A stretch of 64,000 nucleotides of DNA from Candidatus Sulfomarinibacteraceae bacterium (lineage in GTDB: Bacteria > Acidobacteriota > Thermoanaerobaculia > Thermoanaerobaculales > Sulfomarinibacteraceae). Both the position numbers and the translations under genes were made by a program. The stretch covers positions 64,001 through 128,000 of the forward strand of contig CAWCLO010000008.1 in the NCBI GenBank assembly GCA_963796455.1. The letters are read 5' to 3'. This document shows, piece by piece, positions 32,924-40,937 of this stretch. How positions within the stretch are numbered: position 1 is the stretch's first letter; each line of letters starts with the position of its first letter. The notes below the pieces were generated by a model. It was given only the letters and a program-made list of their open reading frames with translations. It searched no databases and was not told the DNA's origin.

Positions 32924-33283
32924 TCAGGTGGTCGCTGGAGGGCCGCGGAAGGGATGGTGCCAACGGTGAGGGATGGCATCGATGATTTCGGTTGTGGAGG
33001 CGGTTTGTCTGGAACCTTCGGCCACGACGATCTTGGCCCCCGCCACTTCAATTGAAAAGGCCAAACCGTGACTGGCACACGCAAGACATGGGGCGTGCGC
33101 TCCGAGTTCCTCATCGCTCTTGATGTGTGAACAGGACGGCGCGGAGCAATCGTGGCTGTCGCATTGATCGAGAGAGACACTCACCGTGGCGTGATCGTGG
33201 GGTAGCACGAGCAGCACGCCCTCGAGGGCCACTGCGGCGATCAGCAGTGTCAGGAGTATGCAGTGAATGCTTCGTTTCGTCAT
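32924..33283 (-). CDS. DUF2946-like leader protein (signal peptide, His/Cys-rich, CxxC, C-terminal RGPP)
   Basis: HAPCLAC and ..HHPFRGPPATT*; lies 73 nt upstream of the TonB receptor start. Confidence 0.8.
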   Translation of the reverse strand: MTKRSIHCILLTLLIAAVALEGVLLVLPHDHATVSVSLDQCDSHDCSAPSCSHIKSDEELGAHAPCLACASHGLAFSIEVAGAKIVVAEGSRQTASTTEIIDAIPHRWHHPFRGPPATT

Positions 33284-33394
33284 CTGTGGGCTTAACCTAC
33301 CAGCTCCGTGGTTTCATTTCCAGGCTGGAACTCTATGGCACCGTGCCACGCCAGGAAACCTGATACTGATCGGTGGGTGAATCGAGCATCCAGT

Positions 33395-33816
33395 ATCACT
33401 CTTGTCCCAGACAGAGTCTCAGACAGCGACCGGGGACAGGGACGGGGAACGGCGGACAACGTCAGGGAACAGGAGCCTGCGGCGGCGTTCAGTCATCAGC
33501 GACAGCCATCAGCGGCAGGGACTGTGACCGCGAATGGCACGCCACTTCTTCGGGACCCCGGCTTTTGTGGTGTGGCCGTCTCGGCCGCACGGCGTGCAGG
33601 CGAGACGCCTGCACCACAACGGCTACCCCTTCTGTTGAACGACCCGGAGGTGGCCACGCCGTCGCCTGGACTCCTGATCGCAGCCGCTGGAAACTGAACG
33701 CTGCCCCTGATCGCCGACCGCTGATCCCTGACGCTGCTAACTGTCGCTGCCGCTGCAATTCGGGATCGGGATCGGACGCGGGGCAGTCACAAACCGGAAA
33801 TGCCGAAAATCAACCC
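33395..33816 (+). repeat. Dispersed intergenic element, copy D, containing a REP doublet (33567-33617)
   Basis: ATCACTCTTGTCCCAGAC end, the core shared with copy C, and far end AACCGGAAATGCCGAAAATCAACCC. Confidence 0.8.
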
Positions 33817-33825
33817 TCTCCGTGG

Positions 33826-35040
33826 TCACCTTCTGCTCGACTTCTTCGAATCACCGACTGCCACGAGACGGTTCCGACCGGAATTCTTGGCTCGATATAA
33901 AGCGCGGTCTGCGGCCCGAAGGACGCTTTCAGCAGTCGGGCGGCGCGAATCGGGCCCCGCCAGCCCGATGCTCACCGAGACGCTGATCAACCGCGGAGGG
34001 CGGCTCTTCAGTTTTGCCTGCGTGGGTTTTTTTCGCGGTCGGTCGGGCGCACGGATGGCGAACTTCCGGTCGGCGATCGATGACCTGACCTTTTCCAACG
34101 GCTCTCGGGCCTCAGCGGGCGGCGTTGTGGGGAAGACGACAGCGAATTCCTCGCCGCCGTAGCGATACGAACGTCCGCCGCCGCTGACCTTTTGCAGCTC
34201 TGCGGCAACCATGCGCAGGGCCTGGTCGCCGGCGCTGTGACCGTGGCGATCGTTGAACTTCTTGAAGTGATCAACATCGACCATGGCGAGGGCATAGCTT
34301 CCGTTCAAGGTGCTCAGGACTTCGTCGAGGGCCCGCCGGCCGGGAAGACCGGTGAGCTCGTCATGGTAGGCGAGACGATAAGAATCCTCGACCAGGCCGA
34401 GCAAAAGCACTAATTGAGCTGCTGTGAACGCGAGGGTTGCGGCGTGGACGCCGTGACCACCGAGGAGGGCCAGTGCGGTGGCCGCCAGCACCCACAGGAG
34501 GGAGCCTTCGAAGACGCCCCTGCGGGCCGCAAAGGCCAGTGCGATGAATGCTCCGGCAATGAGAAAAGTGAGTCGAGCGACATCGGGGGTGGCGAACAGT
34601 GCGCCGATTCCCCGCAAGGGTCCGCCATCCGCGACGACCGCGGGCGTGGCACCGAGCGCATGTGCAAAGATGGCAAGCAGCATCACGATAACGATGGATG
34701 ACAGGATCATCACGTGGGTGATCGGGCGTTCTGGAAGCAGGGCCAACACGGCCAGACAGACCGGCACCAAAAAAGCGAGAGCGACAACACCTGGGCCGGG
34801 CGGGTTGAAGGCCAGAGGTCCTCGTATCAGGAAATTTGCCAGCGCCAGCAGCAGGGCCGCCACTGCCAGCCGGCCGCGTCGGAATCGCCATGCGAGTACG
34901 AGAAGAAGCAGCGCCAGGAACTCGGCCAATACATCGGTGACGGCGTGGTAGGCATCTGAAAAACCGTACAGACCGAGCACCCAGGCCGCCAGTACCGGCA
35001 CCCCACCGGCGACTACTGTGATCGTACCGGCACCCCTCAC
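33826..35040 (-). CDS. Membrane-bound diguanylate cyclase (GGDEF)
   Basis: Many TM helices; DELTGLPGRR, DVDHFKKFND..GHSAGD, RYGGEEF, ADRALYRAK..GRN. Start chosen at GTG 35040. Confidence 0.9.
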   Translation of the reverse strand: MRGAGTITVVAGGVPVLAAWVLGLYGFSDAYHAVTDVLAEFLALLLLVLAWRFRRGRLAVAALLLALANFLIRGPLAFNPPGPGVVALAFLVPVCLAVLALLPERPITHVMILSSIVIVMLLAIFAHALGATPAVVADGGPLRGIGALFATPDVARLTFLIAGAFIALAFAARRGVFEGSLLWVLAATALALLGGHGVHAATLAFTAAQLVLLLGLVEDSYRLAYHDELTGLPGRRALDEVLSTLNGSYALAMVDVDHFKKFNDRHGHSAGDQALRMVAAELQKVSGGGRSYRYGGEEFAVVFPTTPPAEAREPLEKVRSSIADRKFAIRAPDRPRKKPTQAKLKSRPPRLISVSVSIGLAGPDSRRPTAESVLRAADRALYRAKNSGRNRLVAVGDSKKSSRR

Positions 35041-35062
35041 AGTCTCATTGTAGTGGAGGCAC

Positions 35063-35131
35063 GGAGAAAGCGGGAAAGGGAGAAGAGGGGAAAGGGGGAA
35101 AGGGAGAAGGGGAGAAAGGGAGAAAGGGAGA
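35063..35131. repeat. Polypurine ~8-mer tandem repeat (GGAGAAAG-like, about 8 units)
   Basis: Read directly; almost pure A/G tract upstream of the GGDEF gene. Confidence 0.85.
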
Positions 35132-35163
35132 TCGCCCCCCGGCCGATCCCAGATACTCGATGC

Positions 35164-35737
35164 TGGATGCTCGATCACTCTTGCCCAAGACAGCGTCGGC
35201 GAATTGGGGGCAGGGACAGGCAACAGCAAACTGGGACAGCGTCAGCGAACAGGAGTCAGCGGCAGGGACAGCGACAGCGAGCAGCACTCACCTCTTCGGG
35301 TGCAAGAGCCGCCAGGTCATCGCACGGACTTGATCGCGATCCCTGCTGCTTCGAGGGCCTTCGAGTGGGCAACGAGGTTTGAGTTCGTGGCGGCGTTGGA
35401 CATGGTCACCTCCGGGTCGTTCATGCCCATACCCACAAGCCGGTGTGGTGGCTGATGTCAAGGATGCCCTGCACCCTGCCTGTCCTTGACATCGGCCGCC
35501 CACCGGCTATACCCCTTCCTTTGAACGACCCGGAGGTGCCACTGCGTCGCCTGAACTCCAGACTGCTGCCGCTGCGCTCCGTCGCTGAACACTGACCGCT
35601 GTCCCTGTTCGCTGTTGCCTGTCGCTGACGCTGACGCTGACGCTGACGCTGGACACCGCCGCTGTCGATGTCGCTGTAATTCGGATTCGGACTCGGACAC
35701 GGGCAACCACTAACCGGATATGCCAAAAACCAACCCG
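35164..35737 (+). repeat. Dispersed intergenic element, copy E, with a nested 17-bp inverted repeat
   Basis: GATCACTCTTGCCCAAGACAGCGTC end; CACCTCCGGGTCGTTCA (35407-35423) and its inverse (35522-35538); far end AACCGGATATGCCAAAAACCAACCC. Confidence 0.8.
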
Positions 35738-35798
35738 TAAACCACGTGTTGTCGGGTGGGAAACTTTAGGTGACGATCTTTTTCGACAGCAGTGATCC

Positions 35799-35870
35799 TG
35801 GATGCTCGATCACTCTTGTCCAAGACAGCGTCTCGGATAGCTATCAGGGGCAGCGGCAGCGGTCAGGAGT
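35799..35870 (+). repeat. Partial element, copy F
   Basis: CTGGATGCTCGATCACTCTTGTCCAAGACAGCGTC is nearly identical to the start of copy E. Confidence 0.75.
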
Positions 35871-35962
35871 CCTTGCGGCGGAGTGATGAAGATCTTCGAT
35901 CGGAACTCCGAGCTCCGAACTCTGAATCTTTCAAGAGCGGCCTGCGGTTTGTCGGTCCTTTG

Positions 35963-36322
35963 CTAACGTCGCCAGCGGATGCTTGGAATTTTCCCTTTGT
36001 CGGTCTCCAGCATCCACACCATATTGTCGTCATCGGAAAACTCGAGTTCGTAGTTCATGACCCGGTCGCGCACCGTCACTTCGAGTCGGGTGTTTTTGCG
36101 CAGGACATAGGAGCCCCACTCCTGGCCATCGTAGGAAATGATTCCTTCGGCGAAGTGATAGGGCTGACTCTCCTTGAAGTTCATTTCAACCTGGTACCAG
36201 TCGCCCGAGATGCGAAGGTTGTTGTTGGAAAGGAGCGCGATGTGATCCCGATTGGTCCACAGATACCATGCACCTGCAGCGAGAATGCCCAACATCGTGA
36301 GACGAATAAGAAACGATTTCAT
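35963..36322 (-). CDS. Small membrane-anchored hypothetical protein
   Basis: Starts MKSFLIRLTMLGILAAGAWYLW; ATGA overlap with the MFS stop. Confidence 0.7.
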   Translation of the reverse strand: MKSFLIRLTMLGILAAGAWYLWTNRDHIALLSNNNLRISGDWYQVEMNFKESQPYHFAEGIISYDGQEWGSYVLRKNTRLEVTVRDRVMNYELEFSDDDNMVWMLETDKGKIPSIRWRR

Positions 36323-37848
36323 GATGCCTCCCCGGCCTTGTTCGGCGGCGCCACGATTCGGTTGTAGATGATGAGTCCGATGGCGGTCGTTACGGCCAGC
36401 ACCGCAAAAAATACCCACATCGTGCCGGGCTTGTCGATACCGTGCGGGCCGAAATATTGATAGGTGATGCCCGACAGGAGGCCGCCAAATAGATTGCCGA
36501 GGGCAACACACCAGTAGAAGTAGCCCATGTACATGCCGACCTTTTCAGGCGGTGCGATGCGGCCTGCGTACTCCTTGGACCTCGGACTCGCCAGCATCTC
36601 TCCAACTGAAAACACGAGCACCGCCGCGACCACGACCCAGCCGGAGGCGCCGGCAAGATAGATCAGGAAGCTCATGACGGTGACCGAGACACCGAGAATG
36701 ATGCTGGTCAACGGGGAGGTCTTGCGGACCAGGTACGAGATCACGACCTGGAAGCAGATGATGCCGAAGGCGTTGAGATTGATGATGTACTCGGGTTTGA
36801 TCTGGCCGTTTTCGAGCAGGGCCCGGCTCCACGACGAAATGTCCGTGCCGACAAGGCCCGCCACGGCGGTCAGAGATGCCAGGAGATCTGTGGTGTCCAC
36901 ATAATCCCGGATGTACTCCGGCAGGGTCATGAAGATCTGGTTGAAAGAGGTCCAGAACCCGGCCATCAACAGGAGGAATACGAGATAGCGGCCTTCGCCG
37001 ACACACATCGGCTGCAGCGGCCACGGTGCCGACTGGTCTTTGTGAGTGGCGCGGAGAACGAAATCGAGCAAAAAGTTGAGACCGAGCCAGACGCCGGCAA
37101 CGATGGCGACCTTGCCGAAGCTCCACCACTTTGAACCCATCACCAACATCACCAACAGACCAGCGACGACGATGAAGAAGCGGGGGTTGCCGACCACCTC
37201 GATCATCCCGCCGAACACATCGGCAAGACTGCGGCGGCTCTCGGCTTCGGCGTCGCGTGGTGGTTCGCGATAGAGCAGGAGGCAGGTGATGCCCATGACC
37301 ACGATCCAACCGGCAGAGGCCCAGAAAACATATTTCCAGTCCCATCCGCGGACCACACCAGCCACGATCGGCCCGAGAAAGCCGCCGATATTGACCATCA
37401 TGTAAAAGATCCCGAATCCCATTGATCCGGTTTCTTCATTGGTGGTCTTGGCGACGGTGGAGATCACCACCGGTTTGAACATTCCGTGGCCGACGGCAAC
37501 CAGGAAATAGACCCCGAGAAATCCCCAGAAGGTCCTCGGGGCGGCCAGCAGGATATATGCCGGCGCCATGACAACCGTTGATGCGAGGAACATCCTGCGA
37601 TAGCCGTAACGATCGGCCAGAGCACCAAAGACCGCCGGGAAGAGATACAGGAAGAAAGTGGCAAGACCCTGGATCACGCCGCGATCGGCGGAGCTGAAGC
37701 CGAGACCGCCATCGGTCACCGCGTTGGTCAGATAGAGCGTCGAAACCGCATAGAAGCCATACCACCCCATGCGTTCGAAGATCTCCATTGCATTGGCGAC
37801 CCAAAACGATCGCGGAAACTGACGGATCAAGGACCCCTGTGTCGTCAT
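36319..37848 (-). CDS. MFS transporter, POT/PTR peptide transporter-like
   Basis: EIFERMGWYG (ExxERF-like motif), GALADRYG, GFGIFYMMVNIGGFLGP. Confidence 0.88.
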   Translation of the reverse strand: MTTQGSLIRQFPRSFWVANAMEIFERMGWYGFYAVSTLYLTNAVTDGGLGFSSADRGVIQGLATFFLYLFPAVFGALADRYGYRRMFLASTVVMAPAYILLAAPRTFWGFLGVYFLVAVGHGMFKPVVISTVAKTTNEETGSMGFGIFYMMVNIGGFLGPIVAGVVRGWDWKYVFWASAGWIVVMGITCLLLYREPPRDAEAESRRSLADVFGGMIEVVGNPRFFIVVAGLLVMLVMGSKWWSFGKVAIVAGVWLGLNFLLDFVLRATHKDQSAPWPLQPMCVGEGRYLVFLLLMAGFWTSFNQIFMTLPEYIRDYVDTTDLLASLTAVAGLVGTDISSWSRALLENGQIKPEYIINLNAFGIICFQVVISYLVRKTSPLTSIILGVSVTVMSFLIYLAGASGWVVVAAVLVFSVGEMLASPRSKEYAGRIAPPEKVGMYMGYFYWCVALGNLFGGLLSGITYQYFGPHGIDKPGTMWVFFAVLAVTTAIGLIIYNRIVAPPNKAGEAS

Positions 37849-38038
37849 TGCGCTCCTCTTCAGCTGAATCAGAACCCGATTTGTCGGGTGGTAGGTAGAT
37901 CATACGAGATCTGGTGGCGCTGGGTGGGTTTTTTCGTTCCGTTCTTCGCCCCCCGAGACCAAGAAAAACGTGCGAGCAACCCGAGAGGGGAGGTGACCGT
38001 AGAATAGACGTGGTGGCGAAAGCGGTTCTCATGATCTG

Positions 38039-39367
38039 ATGGTTTCCTTTGTCTCGCTCTTTCTGTGGTTGATGACTGATATCCACCCGGTCAAGGTGGC
38101 GGTGGGCGACAATGTCGCGACAGTTGAGATCTTTCTCGATAGCGAGCCGATAGGCGTCGCCACGGGTCCCGATTGGGAGATTCCGTGTGATTTCGGCCAA
38201 AAAATCCGTCCGCATGAACTCACGGCCGTGGCGAAAGACGACATGGGAGCAGAGATCGGCCGTGCCCGGCAGCTGGTCAATCTCCCGCGCGCCGATGCCG
38301 AAGTGGAGATCGTCCTCGAGGCGGCGGAATCCGAAACACCGGGGAAAGTCCGGATCATCTCGGTCGATCGTTCGAAATCGTCGCCGCTGGCGATCTTCGT
38401 GACTTTCGACGGGCTTTCCCTGTCCCGTCACCCGGATGGCGGTTTCGTTCTTCCGGACTACGATCCGAGATTGGTCCACATCGTCAGCGCCGAGGCCCAT
38501 TACCCGGAAAACCTCGTCGCGCGTGCTGATGTGACCTTTGGCGGTACCTATGGCGGCAGGGTTACGACCGAGTTGACGGCTGTTCCGCTTGTGGCCGAGG
38601 GCCGGCGCCAGCTCCAGGTGGGCGACCTTCAGGGTCTGATGACCGTTCGCGGCAAGCCTCTCCTGGTTGCGGCCGTTGAGCGAACTCCCGCACAGGTATT
38701 TGTCGTCCGGGATCATTCGGCGTGGCCGGCGCTGACTCAAACCGGGGTTGCTGTCGACAGGCGGCACAACCGGATGCGGTCGGCGGGATTCCGTATGGCA
38801 CCGCTACTGAACATCGACAACCTGAGCGACGTCGGCAGCGATGTAGATCGCTTTTTTCTTGTCGTTGCGAATGCTTCGGAATCCCGTGGCATCGCGCTCT
38901 ATCCGATCGTCAAACCCTTTGATATAGACCACTTCGGTTTGCCTTGGCTCGTCACTCATGTCTCCAGCCCCACCGCATCGATCGTCGGCCAGCGGGTGGC
39001 CGAGGCGGTGGCGGTGGCGGGAGTGCGCGCCGCGGCCGGCGCCAGCCCTCGCGCTGTTGTGGTGATTCTCTCTGAAGGTTCCAAGGATGTCAGTTACTAC
39101 CGGCCGACAGCAGTGCGCGAGTACCTCCGGGCTCTCCGAGTGCCGCTCCACGTGTGGTCGACCGAGGGTGGGAAGCCCGACACCGAGTGGGGAAGGGCGG
39201 AAGATGTCGATGATGAAAGGACGCTTCAGGCGGCCTCAAAAAGGCTGTTGAAGAACCTCCGCCGGCAGTGGATCGTTTGGGTCGAGGGGCGGTACCTGCC
39301 GAGCGATATCGAACTCGCGGACAGTGCCGAAGGATTCAAACTGGCTGGAGAGGATCTGGAGAATTAG
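38039..39367 (+). CDS. Conserved hypothetical protein (Ig-like N-terminus, degenerate VWA-like C-terminus)
   Basis: Long ORF with typical codon usage; ..PRAVVVILSEG.. resembles a VWA-like strand (inference). Confidence 0.65.
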   Translation: MVSFVSLFLWLMTDIHPVKVAVGDNVATVEIFLDSEPIGVATGPDWEIPCDFGQKIRPHELTAVAKDDMGAEIGRARQLVNLPRADAEVEIVLEAAESETPGKVRIISVDRSKSSPLAIFVTFDGLSLSRHPDGGFVLPDYDPRLVHIVSAEAHYPENLVARADVTFGGTYGGRVTTELTAVPLVAEGRRQLQVGDLQGLMTVRGKPLLVAAVERTPAQVFVVRDHSAWPALTQTGVAVDRRHNRMRSAGFRMAPLLNIDNLSDVGSDVDRFFLVVANASESRGIALYPIVKPFDIDHFGLPWLVTHVSSPTASIVGQRVAEAVAVAGVRAAAGASPRAVVVILSEGSKDVSYYRPTAVREYLRALRVPLHVWSTEGGKPDTEWGRAEDVDDERTLQAASKRLLKNLRRQWIVWVEGRYLPSDIELADSAEGFKLAGEDLEN

Positions 39368-39399
39368 GAATTAGGAATTAGGAATTAGGAATTAGGAAT
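39361..39399. repeat. Heptamer tandem repeat (GAATTAG)x5
   Basis: Read directly; the first unit supplies the TAG stop of the 38039 gene. Confidence 0.95.
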
Positions 39400-39491
39400 G
39401 GCGACCCTGATCTTGATTCCAAAATATCCTCTCATCCGCGTGATCAGCGGTTTCTCCGACTCGGGTGCTTTTGCAGGTCTGAATTTCGATT

Positions 39492-40157
39492 TCAGACCTG
39501 CGCTGACCGGCCACTGCCGGCGGGGTGAAGCAGGACGGCTGTCAAGGTCTGGCGGAAGGCCCGGGCTGGGTCGATGCGGAGCCTCGAGAGGCCCTCGTTT
39601 TCGAACACGTGGGAAATCGTCGCAGCGGCGGCCGAGACCTGGGAGAAGCCGGTCAGGATGGGGTCGAGCAAGACCAGGAAATCAAATGCCTGGTCGGTTG
39701 TCAGACCGGCTGTTTTTCCTGCGATCAGTTTTGACGTGACGCTGATACGATCTTGCCGCCGGTTCTGGAAGGCCGTCGCAGTCTTGACGTCGATGTTGGT
39801 TTCAAGAATCGGGTGGAGCAGGGTATACAGGCGAAGGAAGTGCTCTTGCCCGATCAGCGACCGGGTGATGATGCGGGCGGCCTCGGCGGCATCGATCTGA
39901 TTGTCGGTGGCTCGAAATGCCCTGTCGATTTCGTGATGCCAGCTGGTCTGGAGACTTTCGAAGACTCCGAGGAAGAGCGACTCTTTGGAACTGAAGTAGA
40001 CATAGAGGGTGCCCTTGGAGACCCCTGCCTGGGCGGCAACTCGAGCCATGGTGATTTCGTCATAGGACCATCGATCCATCAATACCGCTGCAGCATTCAG
40101 AATCAGACTGCGCCGGTTGGTTTTTTCGACTGGGGTTGTGGCTCGATACCTACCCAC
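39492..40157 (-). CDS. TetR family transcriptional regulator
   Basis: RRSLILNAA..ITMARVAAQAGVSKGTLYVYFSSKESLF. Confidence 0.9.
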   Translation of the reverse strand: MGRYRATTPVEKTNRRSLILNAAAVLMDRWSYDEITMARVAAQAGVSKGTLYVYFSSKESLFLGVFESLQTSWHHEIDRAFRATDNQIDAAEAARIITRSLIGQEHFLRLYTLLHPILETNIDVKTATAFQNRRQDRISVTSKLIAGKTAGLTTDQAFDFLVLLDPILTGFSQVSAAAATISHVFENEGLSRLRIDPARAFRQTLTAVLLHPAGSGRSAQV

Positions 40158-40197
40158 TATAATTGACCATGATTCAATTATAACTGAACACTGGTCA
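40158..40197. promoter_or_regulatory. Palindromic operator(s) upstream of the minus-strand TetR gene
   Basis: TATAATTGA-N7-TCAATTATA palindrome, with two TGA-N7-TCA units (TGACCATGATTCA and TGAACACTGGTCA). Confidence 0.65.
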
Positions 40198-40270
40198 TTT
40201 AAAAATCAGAGAGTTTGCATGATGGAGATCGGGACATGCCGCTTGACAGGGGAGGTGGGAGAGGCCGAAG

Positions 40271-40290
40271 ATGAATGAGCATTCATTCAT
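40271..40290. promoter_or_regulatory. FadR(YsiA)-type operator ATGAATGA-GCAT-TCATTCAT
   Basis: Perfect 8-bp-arm palindrome downstream of TTGACA (40243-40248) and just before the GGAGG RBS of the TetR gene. Confidence 0.8.
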
Positions 40291-40301
40291 CCGGAGGTGT
40301 C

Positions 40302-40937
40302 ATGCCGGAAAGCGAGAAGTCCCGTGAGTTGTCGTCTCGTGAAATCAAACGCCAGCGGATTCTCCGTGCCGCAATCGAGGTCTTTGCCAACAAGGGCTAC
40401 TTTGCCGCACGGATGACCGATGTGGCGGAGTCGGCCCGAGTGGCGGATGGGACCCTCTATTTATATTTCGAGGGCAAGGAGCACCTCCTGATGTCGATTT
40501 TCGACGACGTTCTGGGGCGCTTCATCGATCGCCTCGATGAGGAGATCGCCCTGGTCGAGGACCCGGCCGAACGGCTCAGTCTGATGATTCGGCTTCACCT
40601 CGAAACCCTGGGTCGGGACCACGCTCTGGCCCATGTCCTGCAGATCGAAACACGCCATACGCGGCGATTCATGAGCCTCTTTACCCGTGGTAAACTCGGC
40701 GAGTATTTGAACCGGGTTCGCGACATTATCGTAGAGGGCCAGAAGGTGGGCGCCTTCCGTGACGACATCGGTCCGGGTCTGGCCACGAACATGGTCTTCG
40801 GTGCGGTTGACGAATTGGTGACGAGCTGGCTCCTGGCCGAAAACCCGGGTGACCTGCTCCGTCACCACCGCCCGTTGGTGAGGATGCTCACCGATGGCAT
40901 CGCGCCATGTCGCAGCCACGGGGGAGGGTCAACGTGA
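40302..40937 (+). CDS. TetR family regulator, FadR/YsiA-like (fatty-acid metabolism)
   Basis: KRQRILRAAIEVFANKGY..VADGTLYLYFEGKEHLL, VLQIETR; coupled to the acyl-CoA ligase gene. Confidence 0.85.
   Translation: MPESEKSRELSSREIKRQRILRAAIEVFANKGYFAARMTDVAESARVADGTLYLYFEGKEHLLMSIFDDVLGRFIDRLDEEIALVEDPAERLSLMIRLHLETLGRDHALAHVLQIETRHTRRFMSLFTRGKLGEYLNRVRDIIVEGQKVGAFRDDIGPGLATNMVFGAVDELVTSWLLAENPGDLLRHHRPLVRMLTDGIAPCRSHGGGST

Noticed and set aside
35041..35229. PLSPLLPF-repeat N-terminus of the GGDEF ORF
   Set aside because: It is a translation of the intergenic octamer repeat; a -10 box precedes GTG 35040.
30234..35726. SVSVS/QRQRQ-rich short ORFs in the intergenic elements
   Set aside because: They are translations of hexamer repeats with inconsistent starts and frames among copies.
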